From NCBI RefSeq assembly GCF_009914755.1, contig NC_060929.1: a stretch of 64,000 nucleotides of DNA. One strand, written 5' to 3'. This document shows positions 1-14,095 of this stretch, in pieces. A program made the position numbers and the translations under genes. The DNA is from the human T2T-CHM13v2.0 reference genome, Homo sapiens. A model generated the notes under the pieces. That model did no database searches. It worked only from the letters and a program-made list of their open reading frames with translations, and was not told where the DNA came from. Positions within the stretch are counted from its first letter, which is position 1. Every line of letters starts with the position of its first letter.

Positions 1-1088
1 ATTATGCTTAAATGGGATTTAAAATCCTAGGATACCACCAACCTCGATTTCAGATAACAATTACATAAAAACAGTTTAGTTTCTTCATTAAATAATCATT
101 CCTTGAGGTTCATTAGGATGCAGTCAAGATCATGAGAATTTTTATTTAGAAAATGGCACTCAAAGTCCCTTTAGTGTTTGAGAACACACGAGAGGGCAGG
201 AATTAGGAGTAAAGAGAAATCAGACTGGGGGTAGGGGTAGGGCAAATGGATTCATTTGATCCATGTTTAGTTATTTCTCATATTTGCCAAAGCATTTTAG
301 AGTTGGAACCTCCCACGAGCAATCTGCTTAAGTAAGAGGAGTGAGGGTTCCTGAACACAGACTTAAGTCTTTTCCACATGTAACCTGTCTGATATTTCGC
401 TGGTGAAGATCTGCCATGTATTTTCCTTTTTGAGTATTTTCTAAATCTGTTGTTTGAATTACATTTTATAAACTGCAATCATGTGGCCCTAAAGGAAAAA
501 TCATTTAAAATAAATTGAGCCTGTCTGGCATTTATGGCCTTCAGACATCAGCATCCAGACAATGGGAACAAATTTCCCAAAGGATCATTCTGATAGCCAA
601 GTTGATTGAGAGGAGGCCATTAACCTAGACTATCCAGAGACTTTGGCCCCTGCCGGGTAGACTCAGACTGTAAAGACGGCTGCTTCCGATTCAGGATAGC
701 TCTGGAGCCTTCCCCAGATTTTCCAAAAAAGGGAGGGGGATGGGGGAGCTTTTCCCCTAATTTACATATTTAATTAAACTTGGCCAGGCACGGTGGCTCC
801 TGTAATCCCAGCACTTTAGGAGGCCAAGGTAGGAGGATTGCTTGAGCCCAGGAGTTCAAGGCCAGCCTAGGCAACATGGTGAAACCCCATCTCCACAAAA
901 AATTAGTCAGGCATGGTGGCATGTGCCTGCCCATAGTCCCAGCTACATGAGCCCAAGGGTTAGAGGCTGCAGTGAGCTATGATGGTGCCACCACACTCCA
1001 GACTGGGCAACAGAGCATGACCCTGTCTCAAAGAAGAGGGAAAAGAGCATTTTCTCACCTATTTTTACTAACAATGATGCTCTATTTT

Positions 1089-1122
<34 letters not shown>

Positions 1123-2127
1123 GTTTGCATTTAGTATTTGAATTTCTTGCTAAAAAAGATGACCTTGTGAATGGCCATAGTGGATCTGGAAGGCATTGGT
1201 CTCTTAGTCCATTTTTTTAAAGCCAGTCCAGTAAAGGGACTGGTGCAAACTGAATCTTACTGCCTATTGTTAGTTCCAGATGGAATTAAAACTTCCATTT
1301 GTCCTTGTCTTTATAAATTCTAATGCACCAGAATTTTCTGTCTCCAAGGCTTTGGGTTTTTCTTATGTCATTCTCTTCATTTGAAAAAATTCAAATTGAA
1401 TTCATTCCCTCGGTTGCTTCTAAAATGAATTCACCTGCCATTAGACTTAACCAACTTAAGTTGCTTTGTAAATAATATGTGTTGTTACACATGTGTAGTT
1501 TGAATGGCTAGATTCCTTTTTTCCCTTAATGAGTATAAAAATCATGAATAAGATACTGCTCTAGGTGTTACCCCACAATAGATAACCTAGAAGAGAGAAA
1601 TCACTCTTTACATGGAATTTCAGCCCCCACAAGAGCTTTTCTGGTATTCCTTCCTCCTTGTTGCTGATGAGGTAACTTTGGTTCATGTTCTGTGAGATTC
1701 CCTAGAGGCTAGACATTCTGAATGCAAATTAATATCACTTAGAAGTTCTGAGCAAGCTTTTCACAGTGGACTGCATCATCTTTATGCTAGTTCCTGTTAA
1801 AATGATGGCTTCTATGGAGAATAAGCAGTTAAAAATTTTTTAAATTGGGTAGTGTGGGCTGGGTGTGGTGGCTCACACCTGTAATCCCAGCAATTTGGGA
1901 GGCTGAGCCCGAGTTCAAGACCAGCCTGGGCAACATGGCAAAATCCTGTCACTAAAAAAATTAGCCAGGTGTGCTGGTGTGCACCTGTAGTCCCAGCTAC
2001 TTAGGAGGCTGCTGTGGGAGGATCACTTGAGCCCAGGAGATCGAGACTTCAGTGAGCCACAATGATGCCACTGCACTCAAGCCTGGGTGACAGAGTGAGA
2101 CCTTGTCTTTAAAAAAAAAGAAAATTA

Positions 2128-2310
2128 TAAAATCAGGTAGTGTGATGCCTATGCCTATAGCTTTTGTTCTTTTTATTCAGGATCACTTTAGCTTTCAGAG
2201 TCTTTTGTGGTTCCATACAAATTTTAGGATTTTTCTATTTCTGTGAAGAATGTCATTGGTGTTTTGACAGGGATTACATTGAATCTGTGGATCACCTTGA
2301 GTAGTACAAA
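2128..2310 (-). mobile_element. L1M ORF2 3'-region fragment
   Basis: ggtagtgtgatgcct...gtggttccatacaaattttaggattttttctatttctgtgaagaatgtcattgg resembles antisense L1 ORF2. Confidence 0.75.
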
Positions 2311-4064
2311 ATGGGTTTTTATTTAGATGTGTTCAGTATTCTTTAACTTGTTTTTTCTTCCATCTCTGTAATTTCCTTTTCATTAGAAAGAAGAGCTATG
2401 TACTCCTTGAGGGAAAAAATCCTGATAGGAATTATTAGTGGGTAGAACAATTATTTGCTTTGCCCTTTCTAGCCCATCATTTATAATCTTTAGAACAAGA
2501 GACCCAGGGTGGCCATTAGTCCTAGTGGCACAGTCCTTGCTGATCACAGAAGATGATCGTGATAGCATCAAGACGATCACTTGAGGAAAGTGGTCAGCAG
2601 CTGGAGTGGGGGTTGGTTGTTTTTGTTTGTTTGTTTGTTTGTTTGGTCCTTTTCTCTGGGATAATTAGCCTCCCAGCCATAATAACCAAGGAATGTAAGG
2701 TTTAAAAGGACTTAAGGGTATGTGTGGTTGATAGTGTGATGAGATGGAAATAGAGACCCTGGACATAGCATCCCAGGAGGCTCAGAGCATTTTTGAGGAG
2801 CTAGTCATTGATGCTTTATTTGCTTTCTCTCTAATGGAATGATTTCACAGTTTTCTTAAATAGCTGGGAAAAAAGTTGGCTGGGTACAGTAGCTCATGCC
2901 TGTAATCCTAACATTTTGGGAGGCCAAGGTGGGAGGATTGCTTGAGCCCAGCAGTTCGAGACCAGCCTGGGCAACATGGCAAGACCCCCATCTCTGCAAA
3001 ATCTTTAAAAATTAGCCAGGCGTGGTAGCACAAGACTGTGGTCCCAGCTACTTGGGAGGCTGAGGTGGATTGCCTTAGTCCAGGAGGTCAAGTTTGCAGT
3101 GTTACGATGGTACCAGCCTGGGCAACAGAGCCAAGACCCTGTCTCAAAAACAAAAAAAGAAAGAAAAAAGAAAAGAAAAATCTCATGTGAAACCACAATA
3201 TAGAAAAAAAAAAAGTAGCGTTTTATATAAATTCAAATGTACGGTATAGCATTTATAATCAGAATAATCAGGTTAGTTTGAGGAACATAAAGATTTGAAG
3301 TCAGGTTTCATATGGCAGACACGGCCTTTATGAGTATATCTAAGCCTTTATGGGTATATTTCATTGTTTCAATTTTACAGTAGTAAATTTTTGCTCACAT
3401 AGGTAAATAGGAAAAAAAACATTTAAAAGTAAAACTGACGAGACACTTTCAGCTACCCTGAAGCTCCTCTGCTCAACTGTAAGATACTTAGGACAAACTC
3501 CCAGGGTTACTGCTCTGCCCTCAGGAGTCCCTTGAGAAGTGTGGCTGTGTCACCTTATGGGAGGAGTGCCTTCCTGGGGGTTGGTTCTTTGCACATGAGT
3601 CATTATTTATGGCAGCCATGCTGGGAGGGCAAGAGGTTTGTACTGGGATGATGATACAGGTCTCCAAACAAGCTTTGATTCCAGATAGAAAAGAATATAG
3701 GGTAAAGACATCTGTCATCATTTGCAAGTTATTTTATCCCGTATGCTGGCCCAGCCAAGAAGTCTTTCAAGCAAGTGAAATTGTCAATAAAATCTGTATG
3801 TATATATTTTTGGTTCTTCCTTGATCTGTCATCTCAGCTTATTGAACTATAAGGTAGCAGATAGAGTCATCTACTTTCTCCAAAAAGTAACCTAGGCTGC
3901 ATGGGCTACTTTTCACATTGTCTAACGGGGAAGCCCTACCCAGGCAGCTTTAGCCCTCTAATCACTAGAGATGGGTGTTTACAATTCATTTTTTAATATA
4001 AGCTCTCTCATCAAGATTCTAATCACCAGTTGCAAAGCAAGTTAACCTTTTGGAGCTGCATCTC

Positions 4065-4240
4065 AGATATGGTGCCCAGAACATCAGCACCTGAGAACCT
4101 GCCAAAACCATGCCAAAAGGCATGATATCAGGCCCTACCCCAGACCTACTGAATCAGAGATTTAAGATGGAGCTCAGCAATCTAAGTTTTAACCTCTCAA
4201 GTGTTTCTGATGCACACTCAACTTTAATGACCCTGATGAG
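4065..4240. mobile_element. MER5-type hAT-Charlie MITE
   Basis: Hallmark core ggccctacccCAGACCTACTGAATCAGAga...ttctgatgcacac. Confidence 0.75.
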
Positions 4241-6304
4241 TTGAGAGACGGAGTATAGAGGCAGCTCAGGTGAGGGGTTAGAGGCCAGAGGAGGGCATGG
4301 CTAAGAGGGGCGTTCAGCTCTGCTCTGAGAGACACCTCCTGAGCAAAAGCAGCCATGGCACTGAGTTTTATCTTTTCTTCTTTGTGTTGTAGCTGCAGCA
4401 GAGAAAAACTAGAAAGCAAATATTTCAGAATGTGTGGTCTTCCAATTCACTAGAGTTCAGATCTCAGCTCTCTATTTGGACAAGTTGCCACTGGAGGAAT
4501 AGAGTCAGTTACATTACTACTTACTGGGTGTGCAGGGGATAACAAGCTTCCCTTGCCCCAGGTGCTGGGTAGGGACTAGGTCCCAGAACACAAGTATGGC
4601 TTGTATTCTGACCATTCCATGCTCTTCCTAACTTAACCAAGAGCTGCCAGGTGCCTATCCCTACCTTGACCTAGAGCAGTTACTTGAAACTTATCTACTT
4701 CCCTCAAAGAAACCATAACACAAAGACAGGGCATTGCCCCAGTAATCCACCTTCCTTTCACCAGCACCTGCTGCTGCTCCCTGCCCTGGCCACTCTGGCA
4801 CACATGTGGGCCTTGTTCATAATCCAACCCAGGTTTTCCACTCATACCTTCACTTTCTAGGAACATATTCCTGGTGTCCTGATTCTTAAAGTCACTCAGT
4901 TGTTCACTCCTGGCCACTAGCAATCTGATGAGGGCACATTGTGAGCTGAATTAAGAATACCATCTGGAGCTTGGCATGGTGGTCATGCCTATAATCCTGG
5001 CACATTGGGAGGCCTATGTAAGAAGATCACTTGAGCCTGGGAGGTCAAGACTGCAGTTGAAGAGTTCAAGACCAGCCTAGGCAGCATAGCAAGACCCTGT
5101 CTCTACAAAAAAATAAAAAATTAGCCCGGCATGTGGCATGTGCCTGTAGTCTCAGCCACTTGGGAGGCTAAGGTGGGAGGATTGCTTGAGCCCAGGAGAT
5201 CAAAGCTGCAGTGAGCTGTGATGGCACCACTTCATGCCAGTCTGGGCAACAGAGTGAAACCCTGTCTCAAAAGCAAAATATATATATATATCATCTTGTA
5301 TGAGTGCCATATTCAAGAGCTATATATGGAGATAGAATTAACATGTCATTGCCAAGTTCAGCATATTCTTCTGGCTATACCTGGACATTGTGTGCTTTTC
5401 TGCTTTGCAAGTAGTAGAAGGTCCTAGAATCAGCTTCCTCACTGAGGCTTACAAGAAAGATTGACTTGTTACCACCCCTCTTAAAGCTGCTGAAGCCATA
5501 CATGTAGGTACAGAAACCCAGTCTTTTTTTTTTTCCACATTTCTCTTCATACTATTCTGCCTGATATCTGTCATTACAGACTGTACACTTGCAGGATTTT
5601 GCACTCTGGCCACATGGCACAAGAAACCAATTCCTTGTTGTGGTTGGTTGTTCCCTCAGTAGAGAATATCAGTAGCTTTTCAGTGCTTTGCTTTTGTCTT
5701 CATTTCCTAATTGCTATCCTGAGGCTTCTCTTAGGAGAATAGTTCCCACTTCTTTGAAAGTTCTTGGTAAGGCTTCTTTCAGCCCTCGAATTTACCCAAG
5801 GTCAAATACAGGCGTACCTCAGAGATGTTGCAGGTTCAGTTCCAGACCAGCACAATAAAGCGAGTCACAAGAATTTTTTGTTTCCCAGTGCATACAGAAG
5901 TTATGTTTATATAATACTGTAGTCTACTAAGTATGCAACAGCACTGTGTCTAAAAAAAAAAAATGTACATACCTTAATTTTAAAATACATTATTAAAAAA
6001 TGCTGACGATGAGCCCAGCCTTTAGGGAGTTGTAATCATTTTGCTGCTGGAGGGCCTTGCCTCCACGTGGATGGTTGCTGACTGATCAGGTTGGTAGTTG
6101 CTAAACATTGGGGTGTCTGTGGCAGTATCTTTAAATAAGATAGCAAGGAAGTTTGCCACATCAGTTGATTTTTCCTTTCATGAAAGATTTCTCAGTAGCA
6201 TGCAGTGCTGTTTGATAGCATTTTACCCACAATAGTTCTTCCAGTATTGGACTCAGTCCTCTCAAACCCTGCTGCTGCTTTATCAGCTAAGGTTATGTAA
6301 TATT

Positions 6305-6612
6305 TGGGGGTTTGTGCGTGTGTGTGTGTGTGTGACACAGAGCCTCATTCTGTCGCCAGGCTGGAGTGCAGTGGCACAATCTTGGCTCACTGCAACCCCG
6401 CCTCCTGGGTTCAAACAATTCTTCTGCCTCAGCCTCCCAAGTAGCTGGGATTACAGGTGTATGCCACCACACCCAGCTAATTTTTCTATTTTTGTAGAGA
6501 TGGGTTTTCACCATGTTGGCCAGGCTGGTCTCGAACTCCTGAACTCAGGTGATTGGCCTGCCTCAGCCTCCCAAAGTGCTGGGATTATAGGCGTGAGCCA
6601 CTGTGCCCGGCC
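6305..6612 (-). mobile_element. AluS inside Tigger1, tail converted to (CA)n
   Basis: Alu body with TSD TTATGTAATATT at 6293-6304 and 6616-6627. Confidence 0.9.
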
Positions 6613-6955
6613 AGTTTATGTAATATTCTAAATCCTTTGTTGTCACTTCAACAATGTTCACAACATCTTCACCAGGAGTAGATTCCATCTCAAGAAACCA
6701 CTTTTTTTGCTCATCCACAGCAAGCAACTCCTCATTCGAGTTGTATCATGAAATTGTAGCAATTCAGTCACATCTTCAAGCGCCACTCGAATTCTAGTTA
6801 CCTTGTTATTGTCACCACATCTGCAGCAACTTCCTCCACTGAAGTCTTCACCCCCTCAAAGTCATCCATGAGGGTTGAAATCAACTTCTTTTAAACTCCT
6901 GTTAATGTTGGTATTTTGACCATCTCAGCAGCCATAGCCATATGAAGTGTATTTC

Positions 6956-7256
6956 TTTTTTTTTTTTTTTTTTTGAGACGGAGTCTCGCTGTGTCGCCCA
7001 GGCTGGAGTGCAGTGGTGCGATCTCGGCTCAGTGCAAGCTCCGCCTCCTGGGTTCACGCCATTCTCCTGCCTCAGCCTCCTGAGTAGCTGGGACTACAGG
7101 TGCCCACCACCAAGCCCGGCTAATTTTTTGTATTTTTTAGTAGAGACAGGGTTTCACCGTGATAGCCAGGATGGTCTTGATCTCCTGACCTCGTGATCCA
7201 CCCACCTCAGCCTCCCAAAGTGCTGGGATTACAGGCGTGAGCCACCGCGCCTGGCC
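6956..7256 (-). mobile_element. AluY-like element inside Tigger1
   Basis: AluY diagnostic bases and a 16-bp TSD ATGAAGTGTATTTCTT at 6942-6957 and 7258-7273. Confidence 0.9.
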
Positions 7257-9884
7257 AATGAAGTGTATTTCTTAAATAATAAGACTGTAAAGTCAAAATT
7301 ACTCCTTGATCTGTGGGCTGCAAAATGGATGTTGTGTTAGCAGGTTTGAAAACAACTTTAATCTCCTTGTTCATCTCAGAGCTCCTCAGTGACCAGGCAC
7401 ATTGTCAGTGAGCAGCAATTTTTTGAAAGGAATCTTCTTTTCTGAACAGTAGGTCTCAACAATAGGCTTAAAATGCTCAGTAAATTATTCTATAAATAGA
7501 TGTGCTGTCATCCAGGCTATGTTGTTCCATTTCTAGAGCACAGGCAGAGTAGATTTAGCATCATTCTTAAGGGCCCTAAGATTTTTGGAATGGTAAATGA
7601 GCACTGGCCTCAACTTAAAGTCACCAGCTATATTATCGCCTAACAAGAGAGTCAGCCTATCCTTTGAAGCCAGGCATTGAATTATTCTTTCCTGTTGCTT
7701 TGAAAGTCCTATACGGCATCTTCTTTCAATATAGTGCTGTTTCATCTACACTAAAAACATGCTTAGTGTAGCCACCTTCATCAGTGATCTTAGCTAGATC
7801 TTCTGAATAACTTTTTGCAGCTTCTATGTCAGCCTTTGCTGCTTCACTTTGCACGTTTATGTTATGGAGATGGCTTCTTTCCTTAAAGCAGCTTCCTCAC
7901 TCAACCTTGGTAGGATTGAAGAAAGTTAGGGCCTTGCTGTGGTAATCCAAGGCTTTGGCTTAAGGGAATGTTGTGGCTGGTTTGATCTTCTATCCAGACA
8001 CCTAGAACTTTCTCCATATAAGCAATAAGGCTGTTTTGCTTTCTTATTCATGTGTTCATTGAAGTAGCACTTTTAATTTTGTTAAAGTCTGGCTCTTCCC
8101 TTTACTTGAACACTTAAAGGTCATTACAGGATTATTAATTGACCTAATTTCAATATTGTTGTGGCTTAGGGAAGAGGGAAGCCTGAGGAGAGGGAGAGAT
8201 ACAAGGGAATGGCTGGTCAGAGGAGCAGTCAGAACATGCACCGCACTTACCATTTCAGTTAGCTGTCTTATGCAGGTGCAGTTCATGGCACCCCAAAATA
8301 ATTAAATAGTAACCTCACAGATCATTGATTACAGATCACCATAACAGGTATAAGAATAGTGAAAAGGTTTGAAATATTATGAGAATTACCAAAATATGAA
8401 AGAGACATGAAATGAGCACGTGCTATTGGAAAAATTGTGCTGACAAACTTGCTCAATGCAGGATTACCACACATCTTCAATTTGTAAAAAACACAATATC
8501 TGTAAAGCACAAAAAGCACAGCACAACAAAATAAAGTCTGCCTGTATAAGAATTTCAACTGGGCATGAATTTTATCCTTTCTATGCTGGGCTCTCTTGAT
8601 TTGCCTTTTGCTCGGAGAAAAGCTAGAGTTAGCTGCATGCCTTAGTTTCCTGCCTCACAGGAGGAAATGTGGTATTAGGATTTAGTTGTATGCAATTTGT
8701 TTCATCTGAACAGAGGAGAAAGTCCCAAAGGAGCCATTCCATCGAATCCATGCCCGAGTGATCTTAAGGAGATGAAAACACAGCATTCCTGGTTATGCTC
8801 AGGGTAAACTGCCTGATGCACAGTCAGTATCTCCAAAGAGAAATTATGTATAACAAATCAGTTGGGTAATGGTGATATGCTACTTGGCAGAGAAATTAAT
8901 ATTTATCAACTGAACCGAGTGGCAAGCACTCGGATCCCTGTCTCTAAACATTCTGGTCTAAGCACGAGTAGTTCTGTACTCTTCTCTTTGCCATGGGATC
9001 TAGTCTGATAGACGAGATCCTAATAGTTCAGGACATGTGGACATATTCAGGCTGAGTGATGGTGCCACCTGTGCTGTAGGTGGAAACAAGGAAACCTCAT
9101 TGATTACTGTCCAGATAGGGAAGACAGAATTTGACAGCCAGTGGAAAGTGTGGCAGATAGGCAAGTTTGGCACATGATCCTATTTGGATACAAGGAAGCT
9201 GCTTTAGCCTCTGAGCACCCAACCTGACTCTAAACAGCAGGCAGAAAAACGTATGCATGTGCATATATTTAGGAGACTGAGCTCTCCTGAAGGCTGTTGC
9301 TTCTCTGTCATCGGCACAAACAGCAAAAGGTAAATTTTTCAGTCACCAAAAACTTGTTGATTCTACCATACTGTTTTGCCCTGTTCTTTGTGTTCCACTG
9401 ACCACACTCTGGCTTCAGAGCCCATCTACCCAAGCATTGTAGAAATTTTAATGTTTGTTCAGTGAATAAATGGGCTCTTTCCCACAATGTAGGACTAACT
9501 TTCTGTCAGAACCACCCCCAGGGTCTCCCCTTCTGGTTCATTCTTCATTTTGCCACAGGATTACTAACCCTGAAAACTCAGTTCTCAAGCTGTCAGTGGC
9601 CTCCTGTGGCACGGGAACCGTAGGCTGACGGGCCTGGCTCAGGACAGCCTGGCAGGAGGCACCTGCCTGCCCCGCTTCAGCCCCATTGGACACACAGCTC
9701 GCCTGCCTATCTCTGTGCATTGGCTCACGCTGTTTGGGCTTGCACGGACAGCACCTCTGTCTCATATGGTTGCAGTCCTATGGCCTTTGGTGCCTGGTTC
9801 AAGTGTAAACTCTTAGACAAAGATAGACCAAATCTCTTCTTTCCTCCACCCCTTTCCTGTCTTCCTGCCCCAGCCAAAGGAATC

Positions 9885-10075
9885 TTCCCCTTCCTGACTC
9901 TCGTAGCATTTTATAACTCAGCTACATATGAATTTGGTTTTGTGTGTATGTCTTTTCTTCCTTGTCAAATTCTAAGCTTGTTTTGGTGTATAGACCATGT
10001 CATGTATCTTTGCATCTCTACCACACATAGCAAGGTGCCACACACATGTAATTAGTACATGTTGGTTGAATTAAT
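9885..10075 (+). mobile_element. L2 3'-end fragment
   Basis: Degenerate L2 tail motif (...gaccatgtc...catagcaaggtgcc...atgttggttgaattaat). Confidence 0.5.
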
Positions 10076-10302
10076 CTATGTCAGGTGACCTTAGGTCTTC
10101 TCTAACGCAGAGACTATTTATTTGTGTGCCTTTTATTATGTGTCTACTACCTGCCAGGTATTATATATATGTAATCTCATTTAGAAAGCAGAATTTCGCA
10201 TTTTCTTTTTTTTTTCCCCCCTTAAGTGATGGTCGGTGAAACTAATGTGAAATGTTATAAAGGCAGAGATACTGGAATTGAAGGAAAAAGAATAATTATC
10301 TA

Positions 10303-10674
10303 TGTGTTAGTTTGGGTCATCCAAAAAACAGATGCCAAGATAGGATTAAAAGTACAAGAGATTTACTGGGGGAAACACCTGCAAGGGAAAATGGGGCTGG
10401 GAGCTGGAGGCTGTTGGCAGAGTTGGCAGACCCCTGTGGAGGAGGAAAGGCCGGGGGAGGGGGGACGTTTTCCACTGGAGTGTGGTGCTGAGAAAGTTTC
10501 AGCAAAGCCATTGGGGAGCCAGTGCTGCCCCTCAGACGAGTCCCTCCCATGCTCAGGCATTGGCTGGAAGCAGCAGGTGGGAAGGGTGGCCTCTGCATGA
10601 ATGTGCTGATGGATTTTAGAGTGCAGCCACTCTGTCCCCTGCATTTGGAGAAATACATCTTCATGACTGCCACA
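10303..10674 (-). mobile_element. ERVL-class solo LTR (LTR33/LTR40/LTR41-like)
   Basis: TG...CA termini on the - strand (TGTGGCAGTCATG ... ATGACCCAAACTAACACA), similar to ERVL LTR ends. AGTAAA at 10367-10362. Subfamily uncertain. Confidence 0.6.
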
Positions 10675-11785
10675 CCATAGAATCAACCAAGCTAAAAGTT
10701 CAAAGGTGGCTTGTGGCACACAGGCCCTTTAGCCAGTTAGGCAAAACGAGGGCCTGGGAAAGAGAATTCTTCCTCTCGTCGGCAGTTTGAATATTTGCAG
10801 TCTTAGCTTGGAATGGTCTTTCTGCACTAGAGGGAAACCTCCTTTAGTGCAGACCAGCCTAAAGCCAAGCCATTGCTGCCTGAGGAAGCTGCCATCTCTG
10901 GAGCACGGTGACATGCCACCACCCTGGACCTATTCCCATCCCCCGGAGCACTGTGGCATGTAGCCTCTTCGTGCCACTGCAAGGTCAGAAAGCACCTCTG
11001 GGCACACCTCCGTCTTTTGGGTCTGCCTCCCCACTAGACTGAGCATTGTGCATAGAAGCTACTTTTATTCTTTACATCCCAGTGGCTCACATGATAGATG
11101 CCAAGTAAAATTTCCAGTTTGTACTTTAAATTGTTTTTCTGGCACTGGAGATGGGCTTGCAGTGATCCCTCCATCCATGTAATGGCCCTGGGCTCAGTGG
11201 ACCATCCAGAGTAGGCTTCTCCACCATGGAGCTGCCCCTCCTCAGGAGTCTGATGTGAGTGGCTCTTGATACTCATTCTCACTTCACTCACTCCATATCA
11301 CAAGAGCCAAGGATTTCCCAGTACCAACATTTTCTTGGGCTGCTTTTGATGGTTTTTTTTTTCCCCCTTCCTGTCCTCTTTTTCCAACCCCAGAACAAAC
11401 TGCCAGCGTTCCTGGTTGGTGTTGCTAACTCAGGTCACCCTGAGGCTGCCCTGTCTTTCTCTTGCTTGTTGTGAGCCCCTCCCTCTACGCCCATGTGCCC
11501 GAGGCTGTGCCGCTGCCTTGTGCAGGCACCCAGGGTTTATGCCAGTGATTTCCTGACACAAGCAGCAGCACAGAACGTGTGTGTCCCAGGTTTAGGTTTG
11601 GGAGGCCTGCCTGGAGAACAGCCATCCCAGGTTCTGGGAGCTTTCTCAATTTACTGTTTTATCCAAAGATGGGTTGGCCTTTCTCTGGACATAGTGAGCT
11701 TCCTTGGGCTAGTTCTTAAGCCTGAGACTAAAAGTTCTCACCATGAGTTATTAGGGAGGCCTGTAAAATGTAAAGGCCATGCGTC

Positions 11786-12838
<1,053 letters not shown>

Positions 12839-13479
12839 TAAATAAAGCCTGAAACTTGGGAAGAGGAGGCTGGACTATTGAGGTCTTATTGAGGTTGCTG
12901 TGCAAATCAAGATGATCCCATTTCTAAGAAATGGCTAGTCTGGTATAGAAGCTAAGGATTTGTTTAGGAAAGCAGGAAGCTCTTGAATATGAATCCAAGC
13001 TCAGTGGAAATGGGCTGAGTTGAATTACATTTAGCAGGTGGCTGCTGCCGTTCTAGAGAGGAGAGACTTGGAGGGACCTCTGCCCTCACTACCAGGCAGA
13101 CCTGGCTTGGCAGGGTGCCTTGAGCCTCACTGGAACAGCAGTTGGTTTTCCCAGAACTCACCCCAGAAGCCTGTGTCCTCTGATAGCACTGGCCAGTTAG
13201 GACAGGAGGCTTTGATTCCCAGAGAGAGCCAGCAGGACTCCACTCTCATCTATGCAAGCACAGGCTGAGGGTGGATGGCATTAAAGTGACTGCACTGCTG
13301 AGTGGGGAATAGGGGCTGGGAACTCTCCTGGAAGCTTTCATCATATTAAAAGTAGGCATTTCTTTAACTGCAAAGAGATACTTTTATATTTTGTACTCAG
13401 TGGTAAGGCAAGATTAATTGGTACCTTCCTGCTTCTGTTCATTCCTGTATTCATTTGAGTTTTTGCTTTTACATTACAG

Positions 13480-13613
13480 GTAAATTAAAAGATCTTGGGA
13501 ACTTGGTTCTCCGACCTTTTGGGCTCTCCACGGAAAATTTCCAGATCAAACAGGATTCCTCTACCGGCTCGTACTCCATCAATTTCGTTCAAAATCCAAA
13601 TAATAACAGATAA
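13480..13613 (+). CDS. TTC1: TTC1 (tetratricopeptide repeat protein 1) last coding exon, C-terminus (G)[43 protein letters not shown]
   Basis: Pyrimidine tract and acceptor ttttgcttttacattacAG (AG at 13478-13479). The phase-1 exon reads open to TAA at 13611-13613. The peptide is recognised as the TTC1 C-terminus. It is too short to appear in the ORF track. Confidence 0.93.
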
Positions 13614-14095
13614 CAAAGATAACAAAAGCTTTACAAGCTGACTTGGAATTGTGTGCTGCTTGCTGTTAGCTAGGGGAAAGGCCCTGCCAATGTTTAACTT
13701 TTAAAAGCATCTTATCTAAAAGAAAGGCTATCCAGTAGAGCCCAGTGCTCCCTTGTCCCTCTTTTATGATCAGGGTGAAATGTACTTCCTGATGTAATGA
13801 ACCTAATTTGATTTCCATTTTAAGGTGGTGTCTGTGCAGCTGGTGTCCCCGATTCTGGCTGTCCTATGTCCAGGAAGAAGCCCATTTGTTGAGGCTGACC
13901 TTCCTGATCATACACACACACAGCCCAGCAAAAGCCTCTCCTGAACCAAACAAACCTGTTGGTTGGGAGACTGCCCAGACATGATTGATGACGGGTTCCC
14001 GCCTGCTGTCCCCTCCCTGATCACACAGCTAACGAGGCTGCCTCCAGCATTTCCTGATTTCCTCTGTGGTAATAAAAGCTTTCTGTGCTTAGGTC
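13614..14095 (+). other. TTC1: TTC1 3'UTR
   Basis: Repeat-free sequence between the stop codon and the AATAAA at 14071. The end is estimated ~20 nt after the signal. Confidence 0.8.
14071..14076 (+). terminator. TTC1: TTC1 polyadenylation signal AATAAA
   Basis: Canonical hexamer followed by a GU/U-rich downstream element (ggtctgggttaggttgtgaattttgt). Confidence 0.85.

Larger units (their letters stand above)
782..5290 (+). mobile_element. Four Alus (~782-1035, 1857-2125, 2878-3180, 4968-5290)
   Basis: Typical GGCTCACGCCTGTAATCCCAGC heads, A-rich linkers and tails. Confidence 0.88.
5809..8544 (-). mobile_element. Tigger1 (TcMar/pogo DNA transposon), near full length, decayed, with two Alu insertions
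   Basis: Ends CAGGCGTACCTC... (5809) and ...GTCTGCCTG (8544), flanked by TA at 5807-5808 and 8545-8546. Transposase remnant [45 protein letters not shown] on the - strand (ORF 7533-7745). Confidence 0.92.

Noticed and set aside
227-750. G-rich patches (GGGGGTAGGGGTAGGG; GGGAGGGGGATGGGGG) as G-quadruplexes
   Set aside because: Only three clear G-tracts each, so weak evidence.
7533-7745. Transposase-like ORF as a possible domesticated TIGD gene
   Set aside because: Only a short open segment of a decayed Tigger1 that is interrupted by stops and two Alus.
13600-13628. Short direct repeat AGATAACAAA x2 spanning the TTC1 stop codon
   Set aside because: A small slippage duplication with no evidence of readthrough or other function.
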